64,000 bases of DNA from the human T2T-CHM13v2.0 reference genome, Homo sapiens. The notes under the pieces were generated by a model. That model made no database searches, was not told the DNA's origin, and saw only the letters and a program-made list of their open reading frames with translations. Shown here piece by piece: positions 13,656-27,450 of this stretch. A program made the position numbers and the translations under genes. Within the stretch, counting starts at the first letter, position 1, and the number at the start of each line of letters is the position of its first letter. The stretch lies in the NCBI RefSeq assembly GCF_009914755.1, contig NC_060926.1, one strand, 5' to 3'.

Positions 13656-14777
13656 GATGCCTGACGTCAGTTTCACTTTTAAGGAAGCCAGACGGCATGG
13701 GTGCAAAGCTGGAATTCCTAATTCTCCCTCCTATCTGTTTGGCTCCATTCTTATTCTGTTTTATCTTTATCAAGATGTCTAAAAGCTTTTGGCCTAGACC
13801 CTCAACAAGGAGATTATCTGTCATCCTTTGTCAGCTCCTTGCTACCCAGATCCCAGCCTCTCTCTGCCATACAGGAAGCTAAAATCGTGATTGAAACGTC
13901 CATTCCAAACACTCAGAAGAGTGTGCCTGTGGCTTTGTGGGGGTGAATGTGAGAATGATCTTTGGTTGTGGGGAGGGACACACTGTGGAATATGTCACTC
14001 TGTTAGCTGTCTGGGCTGCACATTTGTGACAGTGTAACAATTTGTGCCATTGATCTATTTCAGAATAAGAGGTTCTGAGTGGCAAGATTGTCAGGGCCTT
14101 TGCTTGTTCCACCAGTTCTCACTGATCTGGAAACCTTTCCTAGAGATTTGGAGCCTAGATTGAGAGAAAGAACAGAAGGCATCTCTGAGTGACTGACAAA
14201 ACAAATAGGCATCACCAAATGTGTGCACACAAAATCTCGTTCTTTCTTCATCATCAATCCCTCCGGCTTTAATTCAGAATTGTTCTTTAAAAAATACAAA
14301 TTGACTATAAGATTGATTAGATGCATTCCAAATTCAGAGCAAATTCTGCAAACTCCTGATCTGGCAAGGATGAAGAGAAGGGCTGGGAAAGATCGTACCA
14401 GCAAGAAAATTTTGCTAGAAGCTAATCAGAGGTGAAGCAACTGCCAAACTCTAAAATTTTATATCCACGCTTAGAAAGCACGGCAGCCACCCGGGGCTGA
14501 TGAGTGTAGGGACCCTGGATCCCTGAGTCCTGGGGATCGTACTGGTTCACAGCCCTAGGTGTCTGTTACGTTCAATTCTGTTCAGCAGATTGGGAAGTAT
14601 GCAGTGTACTGCAGAATATTTTATCTTTTAAATGGCTAAAATGTTTTATTCTTGTTTAAGATTGGATGTTGAAAGGAATCGATTTCAGTTATCTCAAAAA
14701 TATGTCTGTATATAAGAAAAATGAGACAATAATAATCCTAGCAGACTGATGATGCTTTGCTAGCCTTATCCTGCCTC

Positions 14778-15084
14778 TTTTTTTTTTTTTTTTTTTTTTT
14801 TGGAGACAGGGTCTCACTTTGTCACCCAGGCTGGAGTGCAGTGATGTGATCTTGGCTCACTGTAACCTCCGCCTCCCAGGCTCAAGCCGTCCTCCTGCCC
14901 CAGCCTTCTGAGTTGCTGGGACTACAGGTGCGCACCATCACACCAGCTGATTTTTGTATTTTTTTTAAGAGATGGGGTCTCACTATGTTGCCTAGGCTGG
15001 TCTTGAACTCCTGGGCTCAAGTGACCCCTCTTCCTCAGTCTCCCAAAGTGCTAGGGTTGTAGGCATGAGCCACTGCACCTGGCC
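14778..15084 (-). mobile_element. Alu, J-type
   Basis: Poly-T then full Alu. TSD ttatcctgcctc / ttatcctacctc. Confidence 0.92.
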
Positions 15085-15591
15085 ATTATCCTACCTCCTT
15101 CTGACTCCTTCATACATTGTATTTCCTCATTCTCTTTTTCCAGCCACTTCATGGCAGTCTCCATAGTTTAGCTTAGGTATACTTTTCTCTTTCCACAGTC
15201 TGAGCGATTATCCCCTAAACTCCAGTGACTCCAAAAGCTTGTTTCTCTAGGCTCCAACTTCTGTTAAGCAACCTTCGTCCCATCGTTCCACCTCAGACCT
15301 CCATCCTCCTCTGTAATCCTCATTTCAGGGAACAGGTGTGCCGCCCACCAGCCCTGTGAGTTGACTCTGGCATCCTCCCACTTTGGAACTTCCTCGTTTC
15401 TGGCTCCTAGTTGTTTCCCCTGCCCCATGTTAGACCCTCCTCAGTCCTTGCCTGGGCCATTTGCCTTCATGTCCCCCAGGATCTTCTGTGTCCAGGCTCC
15501 CGTCCTGCAATCCCGCCCCCTGGTACCTGCCCAGCCCCCCAGAAGTGGTCACTTTCCCTCACACTTCCTCTGCCGGGGCCGTGGTCCACAC

Positions 15592-15790
15592 CTGCACTGT
15601 CCAATACAGTAGCCACTAGCCAGTATTTGTATCAATTACAATTAAATAAAATGTAAACTTCAGTTCCTCGATCATGCTGGCCAATTGTCAAGTGCCAACA
15701 GCCCCAGGGGGCTTCTAGCTTCCATATTGGACAACACAGATCATAGAAGCGTTTCCACCATTGCAGAAAATCGTACTGGCTAGTGCTGGT
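15592..15790 (-). mobile_element. MER3-like hAT-Charlie MITE
   Basis: ctgcactgtccaatacagtagccactagcc ... catattggacaacacag internal inverted repeats. Confidence 0.75.
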
Positions 15791-15939
15791 CCACATTGTC
15801 CTTTCCTCTTGAGCATCTTTCTTTCCTCTCCTTCTCTCCAAATCCTCCCTCTTTCCCAAAGAGTCACATAGACACATCCTTACATCCCAAACCTCATCTT
15901 CAGTAGCGCAGAACTTGGCACTTCTCTGAGGGTACACTG

Positions 15940-16400
15940 GAACATAGAACTCTTTTGGTTGCAGTAGATGGGAACCCAACTCAAACTAACTGAAGCACAA
16001 AAGAAAATGTGTTAACTCTTGTAATGGAGAGGCACAACTCAGGCTTCAACACAGCCAGATTCAGTCACTCATGTACTGTTGGACCTCGTCCATCCCTCCT
16101 CCACTGCCCTCTGTGGCCAGCTTCATGCTCTGTCCTACAGACCGTCCCCTCCCCATGACCAGAGAGGACGGCCAGGAGTAGGCCCTGCTTACATCTTTTC
16201 TGGGCATGATCCTGAAGGAAGAGAGACCTTTGTTTTTGGAGTTCATATATCGTATCTATGGGATTTGGGTCTGTTTGGGTCATGGACCCTGATTCAATCC
16301 TTATGGCCAGGGGGATAGAACACCCTGATTTGCCTGGCCTGGTCACGTGCTTACCCCAGGGGTGGGGCACAACACCCAGCCATAGCTAATGGGCTCCCTG
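15940..16400 (-). mobile_element. Old MaLR/ERVL LTR (MLT1K/L-like), degraded
   Basis: ggttgcag..ga..ggaacccaactcaaactaactgaagc and ctgatttgcctggcctggtcacgtgc. Confidence 0.5.
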
Positions 16401-16582
16401 TGGGAAAGAAAGATCCTACTATCAGATAAAGGAGGGAATGGATCAGACAAAATGCAGATTTCACAACTGAATTCTGTTTGGAACCTTTCTCACTTTCTTC
16501 GCTTGACAGGAATCTGGATGCCTGACAAAGTATCTGAACAGATGTTCAACAAATATTTGGTGTGTTAACGGAGGGAGACGTG

Positions 16583-16645
16583 AATGGATGGATGCATGGG
16601 TGGATGCACGGGTAGATGGATGGATGGATGGATAAGTAGATGGAC
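16583..16645 (+). repeat. Imperfect (GGAT)n
   Basis: Directly visible, probably L2-tail derived. Confidence 0.8.
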
Positions 16646-18295
16646 AGAAGATGGGCAGTTATATGCCTAGCTATGGAGAAGGCCAGAGGAGAGAACCGGG
16701 CTCCAGAACTCAAGGGGCTTCCTTCCATGCTCATCAGAAGCCTCTGCCTGTCTTATGGTCTCAGATCTTCTTGAGGATTGGTTCAGCCCTGCCAGACCAT
16801 GGGCTCCTTGAGGGCAGTCCTCAGCCAAATCCATCTCTGCCAGCACTCACAGCCCCAGCACAGTGCTGAGTGCCTGGCCAGGGCTGGCTGGTGGGCTGAA
16901 AGTGAGCGGCAGCTCTGTGCATCTCTTTGTTGTAGCTGGAAGGTAAGACAGGAGCTAACCAGCAATGCAGGGTGATCTCATCTGGGTGTCAGAGGCAGCA
17001 ACCCTTCCCAGATTGCTGGTCTCGGACACAGTGCATTCACCGTTCTTTCTCAAGTCCCTCGCAATCGAAAACAGGATTTTTTAAAGAGCTTTTAAAAAAG
17101 CCCAACCCAAAAAACAAAAAAAAAAAAACCATAAAACTGGTGCTCCCAGTGGACAGCAGCAGGGCTGGTGCCTTCTTGTGTGAGATGATTTGTGGATTGA
17201 GGCCCCAAGTCCAGATCCTGGGAAACAGTAGGTGTGTCTTCCATCCAGAAGCTCTTGTTTCTGGCAATGGCCGTAGTGGTGCAGCTGCTCAAACTGTCTA
17301 GAAAACTGAAGAATTAATCCTGGGAAGTAATTAGCTCTCCTGGGAGGGGTTGGGCTGTGTGCTGCCTGTTGTTAAGTCATTGTCGTCATACTGATGGCCT
17401 TGGGAAATGGCATTAAGAAGTCTAAAGGGCTGAGTCAGGCAACCAGGGTGGTGGCAGTGTTTTGTTTTCTTTTAATTTCCAACCCTTTGATCTCTTGTCT
17501 AAAATAGCCTCTCAGAATTTAGCAATTATATTTCTTCCCTGGTTAATACTGTTCCCTTCCTCTCTTCAATTGCATCTTTTTCGGTACATGTATTTGTTAA
17601 GGAACAAAAATGAGTTAGGCATTTAGAGGACTTACTTTAGTCCCAGTAGACCCACCTGCCTGGAAAATTGGATGCCTAGGGAGGCTTGTGCAGATGAGAG
17701 GGCTCCATCTGCACAGGGGTTCACCAGTTGGCTATAACCAGGTCTGCTGGGGAAGCTCTCCCACCTTGGTGTCTCTGGTTCTCTCCCTCTATCTCTTGTT
17801 CTGTTTCCATGGGGCATGTGTGCTCTGATGGGGACAGCCCGCGTTCAGGGTTTGGCTATTTGGGGAATTGCTGAGTCTCCTACTTTCTGGAGTTGACCTT
17901 TTCTGCAAAGCACATGCCATCCTCGGGGCTTGTCAGGCATTTGGAAGGGGACAGTCTCCAGGGAGCCAGCATCCAGCCACTGTCCTTCCTGCATTCTCTC
18001 CCCAGGGTGGAGGCCAGAGAGAGATCGTTCTTGCAGAGGAGGGGCAGGCTTCTGCCTGAACCCTCAGAGAGCCTCACCTGGACCAACTACAAGTTGCTCA
18101 GCCCCGGGGAGTTGAACCTGGAAGATGATCTCATAGCAGCCACCTGGGCCTTTCACCAGGGACACCTGGGGAAGGAACCAGGTCTAGTTACCACTCAGGC
18201 AGCTCCTGCTGCATTGGATCCAGGCTCTTTGTGACCTTGGGCAAGTCACTCCCAACTGTCTGAGCTTCTGCTTCCTCCCCTGGGAAATTAAGATT

Positions 18296-18680
18296 GCATT
18301 AGTCGGGGCAGGCTAACTATTGGAACAAACCACCCCAAACTGTAGTGGCTTAATCATGTAGCTTCCTTCTCAAGTCACGGTGTGGGATGGGTCAGTGAGA
18401 AGCAGCTCTGCTCCAGGAGCCCGAGAAGAACCAAGCCTCCTTGTGCAGTGTGTCCCTGCCGTCTGCGCCTCATCCTCCTCTGCAGTGGACAGGGAAAGAG
18501 AGATGAAGAAGACATCTCTGCTCTAACCACATGGTCTAGAGGGACCCGAGTCACTCGCACACACATTCTGCACATGTCGGCAAGAACTCATTACACGGCT
18601 CCAGCTAGCATCAAAGGGGAGCTGGAGAGTGTTGTCCAGCTGTGGTCCCCAAGAAAGAGGAGGGCACAGACATGGGCAGC
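18296..18680 (-). mobile_element. MaLR LTR (MLT1J-like), degraded
   Basis: attagtcgggg..aggctaact..aacaaaccaccccaaac..tagtggcttaa. Confidence 0.5.
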
Positions 18681-19574
18681 GCCGGCGACCTCTGCCACAG
18701 AGATGGTGATGAAAAGTCCCTCCCCGGGATGTGCGGGAGGGTTAAATGTAAAATGTCGTCATTCTTCAAGCACAGTGCCTGACCCCCAGTAGGTAGGGGG
18801 ATATTGTTATTTTTCTTGTTTCTTCTCCCGGATATTCCCTTGAGGTTTATGCAAATAGCAGACCAAGGCAAGAAATGAAATCTATGTCCCTGCCCTCTGA
18901 AGTTACTGATTTCCGTGTTTCCTTGCAGTGTAACGTTTCATTAGACCTTCCAGATGGGGGAAAGAACAAGCAGATTAAAAGTCAGATAGTGCCTAGGAGC
19001 CTGCTCCATCGGTTTCTGGGACGGCTGGAGCTTCAAAGCTATTTGGTATTTCCACTGCCGAAAGGCCTCCTCGGGAGCAGTTGTGTTTTAATAAATGGCT
19101 GCCTGAGTAATTTTCCTCGGAGGAATTGCGTCGTGGATGTGTACGCTCCTGGGGGAGAGCTGGCTGCTCCCTCCACCGCTCCAGATGCTGGTGCATTATG
19201 AATAGGATGCTTGGGGCTGGGGGAACTGGCAAGCCTGCCCACCCCGGGCTGGTGATGTCATCTCCCAGGTCCACCAGGTGGACTCTCCAGGGCTCTGGGT
19301 CGGGGCTTGCTGGACAGGGAGAGTAGGAGACATTTGTGCAACTGGCCTGAACTGCCCCTTCCCCATGGCCGCTGGCAAAAGCAACCGCTTTAAGACCCAG
19401 GGGAATAATTCATTTCTTTGACATAACCTGACTGATGCTGCCCCCATCAGATAGGGGCAGTCTGGTGGGTGGGGCAGGGAAGGAGGGAAGAACAGGCCTG
19501 AGTCCAGGATCTTGCCCGTCTGTGGGGAGAGAAGACGGGCACGAGAACCACGGTGATGTGGGATTGCAGCGTGC

Positions 19575-20450
19575 TTCATTCACTCGTTATTTACGGAGCC
19601 CTACCAGAGGCCGGGTATTGCCTGGGCCAAGATACAGCATTGAACCGAGCTGGCAGGTGGAGACTGTGGTGCCTGAGAGCAGGTCTCCGGGGCTGCGCTG
19701 CCTGGGCGTGAATCCTCCTCTGCCACTTTCTAGCTGGGAGACTTTGGGCCAATTGCTTGAGCTTTCTGTGCCTCGGTTTCCTAATCTGGAAGATGGAGAT
19801 AGCCATCGGAACAGCTGCCTCACAGAATTGTTATGTAGATTAAATGAGTCTGTGTTTAGAAGCACTGCCCTTAGGGAACTCACACTCCAGAGAGGGGACA
19901 CACAGAAATCTAAGTAAGTAAACTATATAGGCCAAGAGAAGGCAATGAGAGTGAGCGGGAAAGAAAGCAGAGAAAGAAGTTGCCATTTTACAATAGGATG
20001 GGCAGAGAAGGCCTCACTGAGAAGGCAACATTTGAGAAGAGGCTGGAAGGCAATAAGAACGCTGGCCGTGTGGATAGTGGGGAGGATGGGCCCGGCACAG
20101 GGAGCAGTGTGTGCAAAGGTCCTGAGGTAGAATGGGGCCTAAAGTGATGGAGCCGCTGCAAGGAGGCCAGCATGTTGGAACAGAGGGGCAGGGGGAGACC
20201 AAACAAGAGAGGGGAGTGGGCACCAGGGCCTCATGGGTCTTAAGAAGAAGGCCTTTGGCTTTTTCTTCGGGTAGGATGGGAGCCATTGCAGGGACTTGGG
20301 AGAGATGATCTGGCTTGTGTTTTAACAGGATCACTCTGGCTGCTGGGTGGAGAATACTCTGAATGAGGGTGAGGAAGGAAGGAAGGAGACGTGTTTAGGA
20401 GGCTGTGGCAGAAATCCAGCTGAGAGATGACAGAGGCCCAGGCCAGGGTG
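19575..20450 (-). mobile_element. L2 fragment with embedded MIR (about 19660-19870)
   Basis: ttcattcact..tatttac, gaaggcctcactgagaagg, gatgggagccattg, ttttaacaggatcactctggctgctg. Confidence 0.65.
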
Positions 20451-23400
20451 GACGTGGGAAGAAGTGGTTGGTGTTAGGAGGAAACACAGCTGCCAGCCGA
20501 GGAGGCTGAATGTATAAGAAGCATTTGTGAGTGAGAGACGAAAGGTCTGCAGGCCAGGGCTGGTCATGAGTCCAGGAAAAGATAGAGAAAGAAGAGCACT
20601 GGCTTCAGAGTCGGGCACAAGAGCCTCCTTCCAAGCACCACCACTTCCCCCAAGTGGCCTTGAGCAAGCCACCGCATCACTGAGCCTCAGTTTCCCCTTC
20701 TATAAAGTGGAGGCAGTGCTATGACACACGCAGTTTAAGTGACTTGCAGAGTAGCAGGCATGCTGTCGGTGCTCCGTAAATGCTCCCTGCTTCCCCTTTC
20801 TGCTGCCTGTTTGCAGCTGGGTAAGGAAGGCTTGGCGTCCTCGGGGTGGGGTGTCCCCAGGCCAGGAGGCTGACACCCGCAGAGCTCAGGGGTGTGGAGA
20901 GAGATGCAGGCACCACCTCGTGGTAAGCGAAAGGGGGTGCTGGCATCTCCATCTCTGATTTCATAGTGAAATTTGCCAGGCACTTCCTCTAGGCAGGAGG
21001 CCCTGGAGTATGGGGTGATTAGGCCCCGGCTACGCTGCTCCTGGGGACGAGTCATTTCCTTTGTAGCCAGGGAGTGGGTGCCAGCCCAGTCCTCTTCTCG
21101 GGCGTGAAAAATACTGAGTTCCTTTTATTCTAGCCCCTGAAGGCCATCCTGATGGTGCCAGGTTGGCATCTGACACCAGAGTCCCCCCAGCCTCAGGTGG
21201 GGACCACAGCTTTCTCTGGACTCCCTTCCTCCCGCCTCATCCAAGGCCAGTCCTCTGCAGACCCCTTTGTTGAGCCCCAGACAGTGGGTGTCAGCCCTGC
21301 TCTGTGTGCCGCTGCAGGGCCAGCCCTCTGTAAATGGACTGCCTGTGCCTACAGACCGGGTTGGGCTGAGCCAAGAGCAGATGGTGTCTCCCTCCCTCTC
21401 CCAGGGCCTGCTGCAGCTGAGATCTGGCCTGCAGACAGCTCTCCAGACCCTCTCAGGGGCCCTGACCCCATCATCCCCATTGTCCTTAGGGTGCCCACTC
21501 CCTTGCCTGAGGCTGGGCTCTGTGCAGCCACACATGTGACTGTGGGCAGGGAATGTCACTGATGGGTGTGAGTAGGGCTTCCACCCAGGCAACTGGCAGG
21601 GGTGGCCAATGCAGTGTGTTTTCAGAGCTTAGTATGTCATCAGATACAGGGGACCCTGCAGAATGAGGGCTAGAAAAGATTGGGGCCAAGGGATGAGGCA
21701 GCAGAGTGACCTGGAATCATCAGGAAGACTTCATGGAGGAGGCAAGAGCTGAGCTGGAGGAGGAGTGAATCATTTATATCAAGATGTGAAATAAAGCTAT
21801 TCCTGTTGTTTTGGGGCCTCAGGTGAGGCCCCAGGCTGTGCATGAAAGGTATCCGGCACCCCCACATTAGAAAGAGGAGCTAGACAGCCCCAGGGCCCGT
21901 CTCTACTCCCATGAGAAAAGCTTTGGGCTGACTATAGGGAGCAGCGATCCTAGAAGAGAGCTGGCCTAGGAGGGAAACTGAGGCTTCTCCCCCTCTCCCG
22001 GGGAGGAGCTCCCCACTCTACCAGCCCCTCAACCAGTACTCTGTGGGAGCTGCTGCTACCCCAAGACTGGGGTACCCCAAGCACTTAGAAGGATGTGACC
22101 TGTGTTCCTTGGAATTTGGGGGACACCAAGGCTGTGCCTGAATCTTACCAGGAAGTGTCCAGATGCAAAAGGCTCCCGGGGATATCTGGAACATGCAGTG
22201 GAGAGCGAGGGTTGTGCTGGTGGCAGTAGGACCAGAGTTGGTCATCAAGGGAGAGTTATGGTTGTGAGTCCAGAGTGGACACTGCACAGGGAGACAGACT
22301 CGAGCCGTCTGGGAAGACCCTGCCCAGGAGGACAGCCTGCCAGGGTGTGAACCATCAGAGCCGCCTGAGGGAGCATTTCCAGCAGAGCACACACCCTCGT
22401 GGAGCTCCCGCAGAGAACCCACCACAGTGCCACAGCGGAAGGAGAGCCGGCACCGGGTCTCTGCACACGGAGGCTGTCTCTGCCCGTTTACATCACTCTG
22501 CTCACACCTTGCCCTTGTGCTCCCAGCCCCGCTCCCTGGCCACTCTGGGGAGGCTGAAGCAGCAGTTAGTGAGAAGGAGGCAAAACCAGAGAAGGGCGAT
22601 GCTGCCATTCTCATTACCCGATTCCGAGCCTGGGTCCGGCCAGAGCTGGGGCAGAGGGGAGAGGCTGTGGACCAGATATGATAAGAGTTCTGATGAAAGA
22701 TTGGACTGGGCTTTGGAGAGACCAAGAATGTGATCATGTTTAGGATTGACCTAGCCATTTACTAGCTATGTGGCCCCACAGGTCACTTAAACCTTTACGT
22801 TAATTAAACCCCTCCCTGCCTCAGTTCAATTAAAGTACCTGGGGATTAAAAGAGCTGGTGCATGCACAGCCCTTGGTACGGTAGCCAGCACACAGTAAGT
22901 GCCCAGGAAGTGTTCGCTTTCCGTAGTAGAAGTGGTAGCAGTAGCAATAGTTGTGACAGCAGCAGTAGTACTTCTACCGATAGACATCGTGCCCAAAAGT
23001 GACCACCCCTCCCGCCTCCCCCGAGAAAAACCCCAAATGCTATTTGGGCCTAACAGAGTGCGTGTGAAAAGAAGTAGCGGGAGGAAAAGATACTTGTTTG
23101 CTACTTACATCCTGCTGAGTTCAGCCTCAGAAACCAGTTACATGGCCATCATTTCACAGGCTCTGCAGTGAGAAGACAGCAGTGCTGGATGAGGCCAGGA
23201 GCAGCAATCTCTGCAGTCTAGGTGGTCCAGGAAGGCTTCCAGGAGGAGGTGAAGGCACAGAGTAAGGCCACCAGCAATACAGAGGTGGCGCTATGCCACT
23301 GGGAAAAGAGAGTGGTCTGAGGCCTGTGTGCGTGGCCACATCCTTCTCACTCACACACCCTGTCTTGGGACAGTTCAGCTCAGCAGACATCAGTGGAACC

Positions 23401-23597
23401 CCCGGACTATGTCAAGCCGAGGGCAGGGCCCTGGGGACACTGAGATAAGGAGCAGGCAGGCTGTGGCTTCAAGGAGCTGCCAACCTCATGGGGTTAAAGA
23501 GAAAAATCATAGAATGCCAAAGGAATTTTGCTAAGATGAATTCAGGGGTACTGCAGGGCTCAGAGGAGAATGCAGCCCAGCTTGGGGACCCTGTGAA

Positions 23598-23742
23598 CAC
23601 ACACAGGCACCCAGACACACAGGCGCACACACACAAACACACACAGGCACACACACACACAGACACAAGCACACAGACACACACACAGGCACACAGGCAC
23701 ACACACAGGCACACACAGACACACAGACACACACATGCACGC
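23598..23742 (+). repeat. Complex CA-rich simple repeat
   Basis: cacacagg/cacacaga variants. Confidence 0.92.
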
Positions 23743-23759
23743 ACCCTCTTCCCTCACTG

Positions 23760-24137
23760 TCTTTTCCCCAAAACCATTTCTCTTTCTGGGCACATGATAG
23801 AGTTGCATGTCCCCACCCACTTAGAGTTAGATCGTGACCACATGGCTTGCTTTGGCCAATGACACCAGAGCAGAAAGGACACATGCTTTCCAAGTGAAAA
23901 CCTTGAGAGCCAGTGTGCGATGCGCCAACCCATCTCTCCTTTTGCCACAGTGGCCAGTCTGACAGCCGGGGTCCTAGAGAGTGGATGGCCTGGCACAGGG
24001 CCCCCAGCCGACCAGCAGTGAGCGCGTGGCAAGCAGTGAGTGCGTGGCATGAGTGAAAAGCGTACCTCGCCGAAGCCATTGAGGTTTTGGGGACTGTTTA
24101 GCATCATAGCGTCACCTACCTATCCAGGCTGATGCAA
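23760..24137 (+). mobile_element. MaLR LTR (MLT1I/J-like)
   Basis: catggcttgctttggccaatga...aagccattgaggttttggggactgttt...ctatccaggctgat. Confidence 0.65.
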
Positions 24138-27064
24138 CCATCATTATTTTTAAGCGGCTAAAATAGAAAACTGACCCTGATTGAGTCTTCCGGGGGCTAT
24201 GTGGGCCCTCCTCTGTTACAGCCCCCCTGCCCTGGGAGTGGAAGATCTGGATTCTAATTCGTCTCTGTCCTAAGGCTCTGAGACTCGGTTACCACCATTG
24301 TCGAAGGGGGTCACTGATCCCTTCCCCGCCTGCCTCCCCAAGCTGCTGGGAGAGAGTCCAACAAGGTGGGTAGGGGGATGTCTTCAGAGACCTGGGAGTT
24401 AGGGAACAGCCTCTGAGCACTGCATTCATCAGCGTCCCCGCCTTGGGCCCTGGAGGTCACAGGGAAGGTCACCCTTGCTCAGAGTCAGGCAAAGGACACA
24501 TCAGGAGGGGAGGACCCCAGCGGGGTGTGGTGCTCCTCGCTGCCAGTATGCAAGGGGCCAGCAGTCCCAGGCTGCCCAGCGGGGGTGGAAGTGGCAGCCT
24601 GGAAGCAAAGTATCCCTGCTTGGTTAATCTAAAAATAAACAGAAAGGCAACAAAATCTATGTTTCAATTACTGCACACAAGCTGTTCAAACAGCCAGCTC
24701 TGCACTGGAGATGTGAACTTGTCAACAGAGGCTGCCTCGTTTGCATGCTTGGGTGGTGATAAAACACACAACCTCGCAACAGGCTGCCCTCTGGTCTGGG
24801 CTTCTTTTTTTTTTTTAATTAAATTAAATTAAAAACACGGACATAGAATAAAGACGATGAAAATCTGAAGCAAACACATCAAGATAGGGTAGCAGCTCCC
24901 AACTTCAAAACAAAGAAGGCTGTGCGGTTGGAGACAGCCTGGTACTGAGGTCAGCAGGGGAGTGGGCAAAACAGGGCTCAGTGGCCAGGAACAGAGGACA
25001 AAAGTCTCTCCCAAGTGACCAAAAACGCCCCTTCCTTGGGGGTCGCTGCTGATCCTGGAGGAAGCTCCAGTGGGCAGTGTGAACCTCTAGTTCCCAAAGC
25101 CAAAGTCAAGGCCCCGGAGATCCCCTCTGTCGGGGAGAGATGGGCTATAGGCCAGCCAGCAGGGGCTCTGGGGGTGAGCCAGCAGGCTGCTTGCATGGCG
25201 GGCAGAGCTGGGACTGCCATCCTTGGCTGTGCTGCCTTTCGCCACCCATCTTAATTAGACACTGTCCTAGCTAAGACGCAGTCTCCTTTCTGATGAATGG
25301 GAAATGAATGGAACCCCAGGGAGCTGGGCCACCCTGGGGTTCTGGGTCTACCCTGGCCTACCCTGCCTGCTCCAGCCCAGCGTGGTCCCTCCCCTGCCCC
25401 CCAGGGTGTTTTTCCGTTTTATGGCTGTGCCCTCCTGAACAGCCCTCCCTCCCTGAAGGCAGGAGCTGTGCCCTGTTCTTATTTCCTCTCAGTATCTTGC
25501 ACTGAGCCGGGTATAATGGGGAAGGAGGTGGGCAGTGAACTTGACATGATTTGATGAGAAAAGGGCAGATCGTGCATTAACCCAAGGGCATGCCTGGGGA
25601 ATTGCTTGAGAGGGAAAGGGGGGCACGAAGGCCTGACTCATGGAGTGGAGCGCCAGAACAGGAAGTGGGCTACGTCATGGTTTCCTGGGGAGGGATTTGG
25701 ACAAGCAGGAGGCCCCCCAGGTCCCACTAGAGATGGAGACCAGAAAGGTGGGCACTGGTGCTTAATGCTGGTGAAAGGTTCGTTCCACAAATCCTGCTCA
25801 CTGAAGTGGCTGTCGGTTTTGCATTCACTCCGGACAGGGATGTTAATGTCCCCGGCCCTCGGAGCAATTCCGCAGCCGTCAACCCAGATGCTAGTTACTC
25901 GGTGAAATAAAAGAGTGGTCGAGTCTCTCCCGAGGAAGATAATATCCTGTCACAGGCAGTATGATCTGCCGGCCATGTGACAGCCGTTCCCTAATGTTTC
26001 CAAATAGACTTTTGAATAGACTCTTGTCTAGAAGAAAGCAAATTGCAAGAGCATTTTTGGCAGCCAAATAGAGAGAAGGCATCAGTCTTTCTTCTTTGCA
26101 ACTCTTGCCACTGGGTCTGGCTCCAGGCACCGAGTAGGATTCATTCATCAGCTTGGGCCACTGATGAACACCATTTCCTGTGAAGAGGGAGCTTGTTGAA
26201 TTAGTCAATTCTGCAAGATCTAGAATAATCAGGCATGCCTGAGAGGCGGCCCTGGGAGGGGGTAAGCCTGCTTGGAGAAGGAAAGTTACAGCAAAATCCA
26301 TCTCAAAAGACTGGGATCGTGTGTTTGCAGGACTACAGGGAAACGGGGCTGGAGTTTTCAGTGTTTGCGTCCTTGTGGAGCCACGAGAACAAGCAGTTAG
26401 AAGGAGCCACATTGGTTATTCGTAATGACAACTCTGGTTGATGCTCCTCTACGTAATCAAATGGTAGCCACCACAGCTCCCTCATCGATCCTGATGTTTA
26501 CAAGTTCCTAATTTATACACGCCTCCCTTCTTCCCTCAGTTTACGCTGATATTGTGTTGCCAACTGTCATTTCCAGTATCTTTTTTATTTTTCATTATCA
26601 CCATTTTAATGATTTACACCAGGAGCAATAGCACAAATGCCTAGTCAATTAGTCCCACGAGAAAAGTCTCTGAATCGTGTGTGCTTTTTTGAAAAAAAAA
26701 TCACTACATCAAAACCCACGGCCAGATTTTCTCAAAGCAAAGGTGCACATGGGAAGGGAGGGAAATGGGAGGCTTGTTCTTTTAATATTGTTCATCTAAA
26801 ACGGGCACTAGTACTGCTTTTCCAAGACAGGGAGATTGCTTTTTGTGCAAGAAATGGTGCCCAGAAATGGAATCGGTGGCATTTTTCCTGAAACTTAACC
26901 ACCAGAAAAGCATTTTGAACATTTGTCTTTTTAGATCATGTATTAAGCCCTGTCATTATGGAATATGGCTTTTTCCAAATATATATCTGTCCCCCAGGGC
27001 CATCTAGGGAGTCAGAATGCCTGGATCCTAGGGCCGAATCCAGGCCTGCTAACTCGCCAGATCT

Positions 27065-27250
27065 TAGGCTGGTGCGTCTCAAACTTTAACTTGCATGTGA
27101 GTGGATCCTGTCCCATTCCCCACCCCTCATCTTGTTAAAAATGCAGATTCTGACTCAGTAGTCCCAGGGCAAGGCCCAAGACTCTGCATTTCTCACAAGT
27201 CCCCAGGCGATGCTGTGGCTACTGGACTATGGACCACATTTTGAGTAGGG
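27065..27250. mobile_element. MER5-like hAT-Charlie MITE
   Basis: tctcaaactt...cttgttaaaaatgcagattc...ctgcatttctcacaag...ggaccacattttgag. Confidence 0.75.
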
Positions 27251-27450
27251 AGGAGATAGGCCACTATGCCCAGCCCTGGGCTTCACCCTCTTGCTTTTCC
27301 TGGGTTATAAAATGCGAAGGTCAGTGCTGGACTGCTTAACACCAGCAGGATGTTGTGAGGCAAATGATGTAGTGGCTCTAAAAGAACCTTGTGTGGTTAG
27401 GGCACTTCCCAGAAGACCTCCCCTCTGAGCAAAGGCTGAAGCACACAGCA

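Noticed and set aside
22018-22758. 246-aa minus-strand ORF
   Set aside because: No recognisable domain or splice structure, and it starts in a MIR-like region. Consistent with chance in GC-rich DNA.
23469-24079. Cys/Val- or His/Thr-rich ORFs
   Set aside because: Translation of the CA microsatellite.
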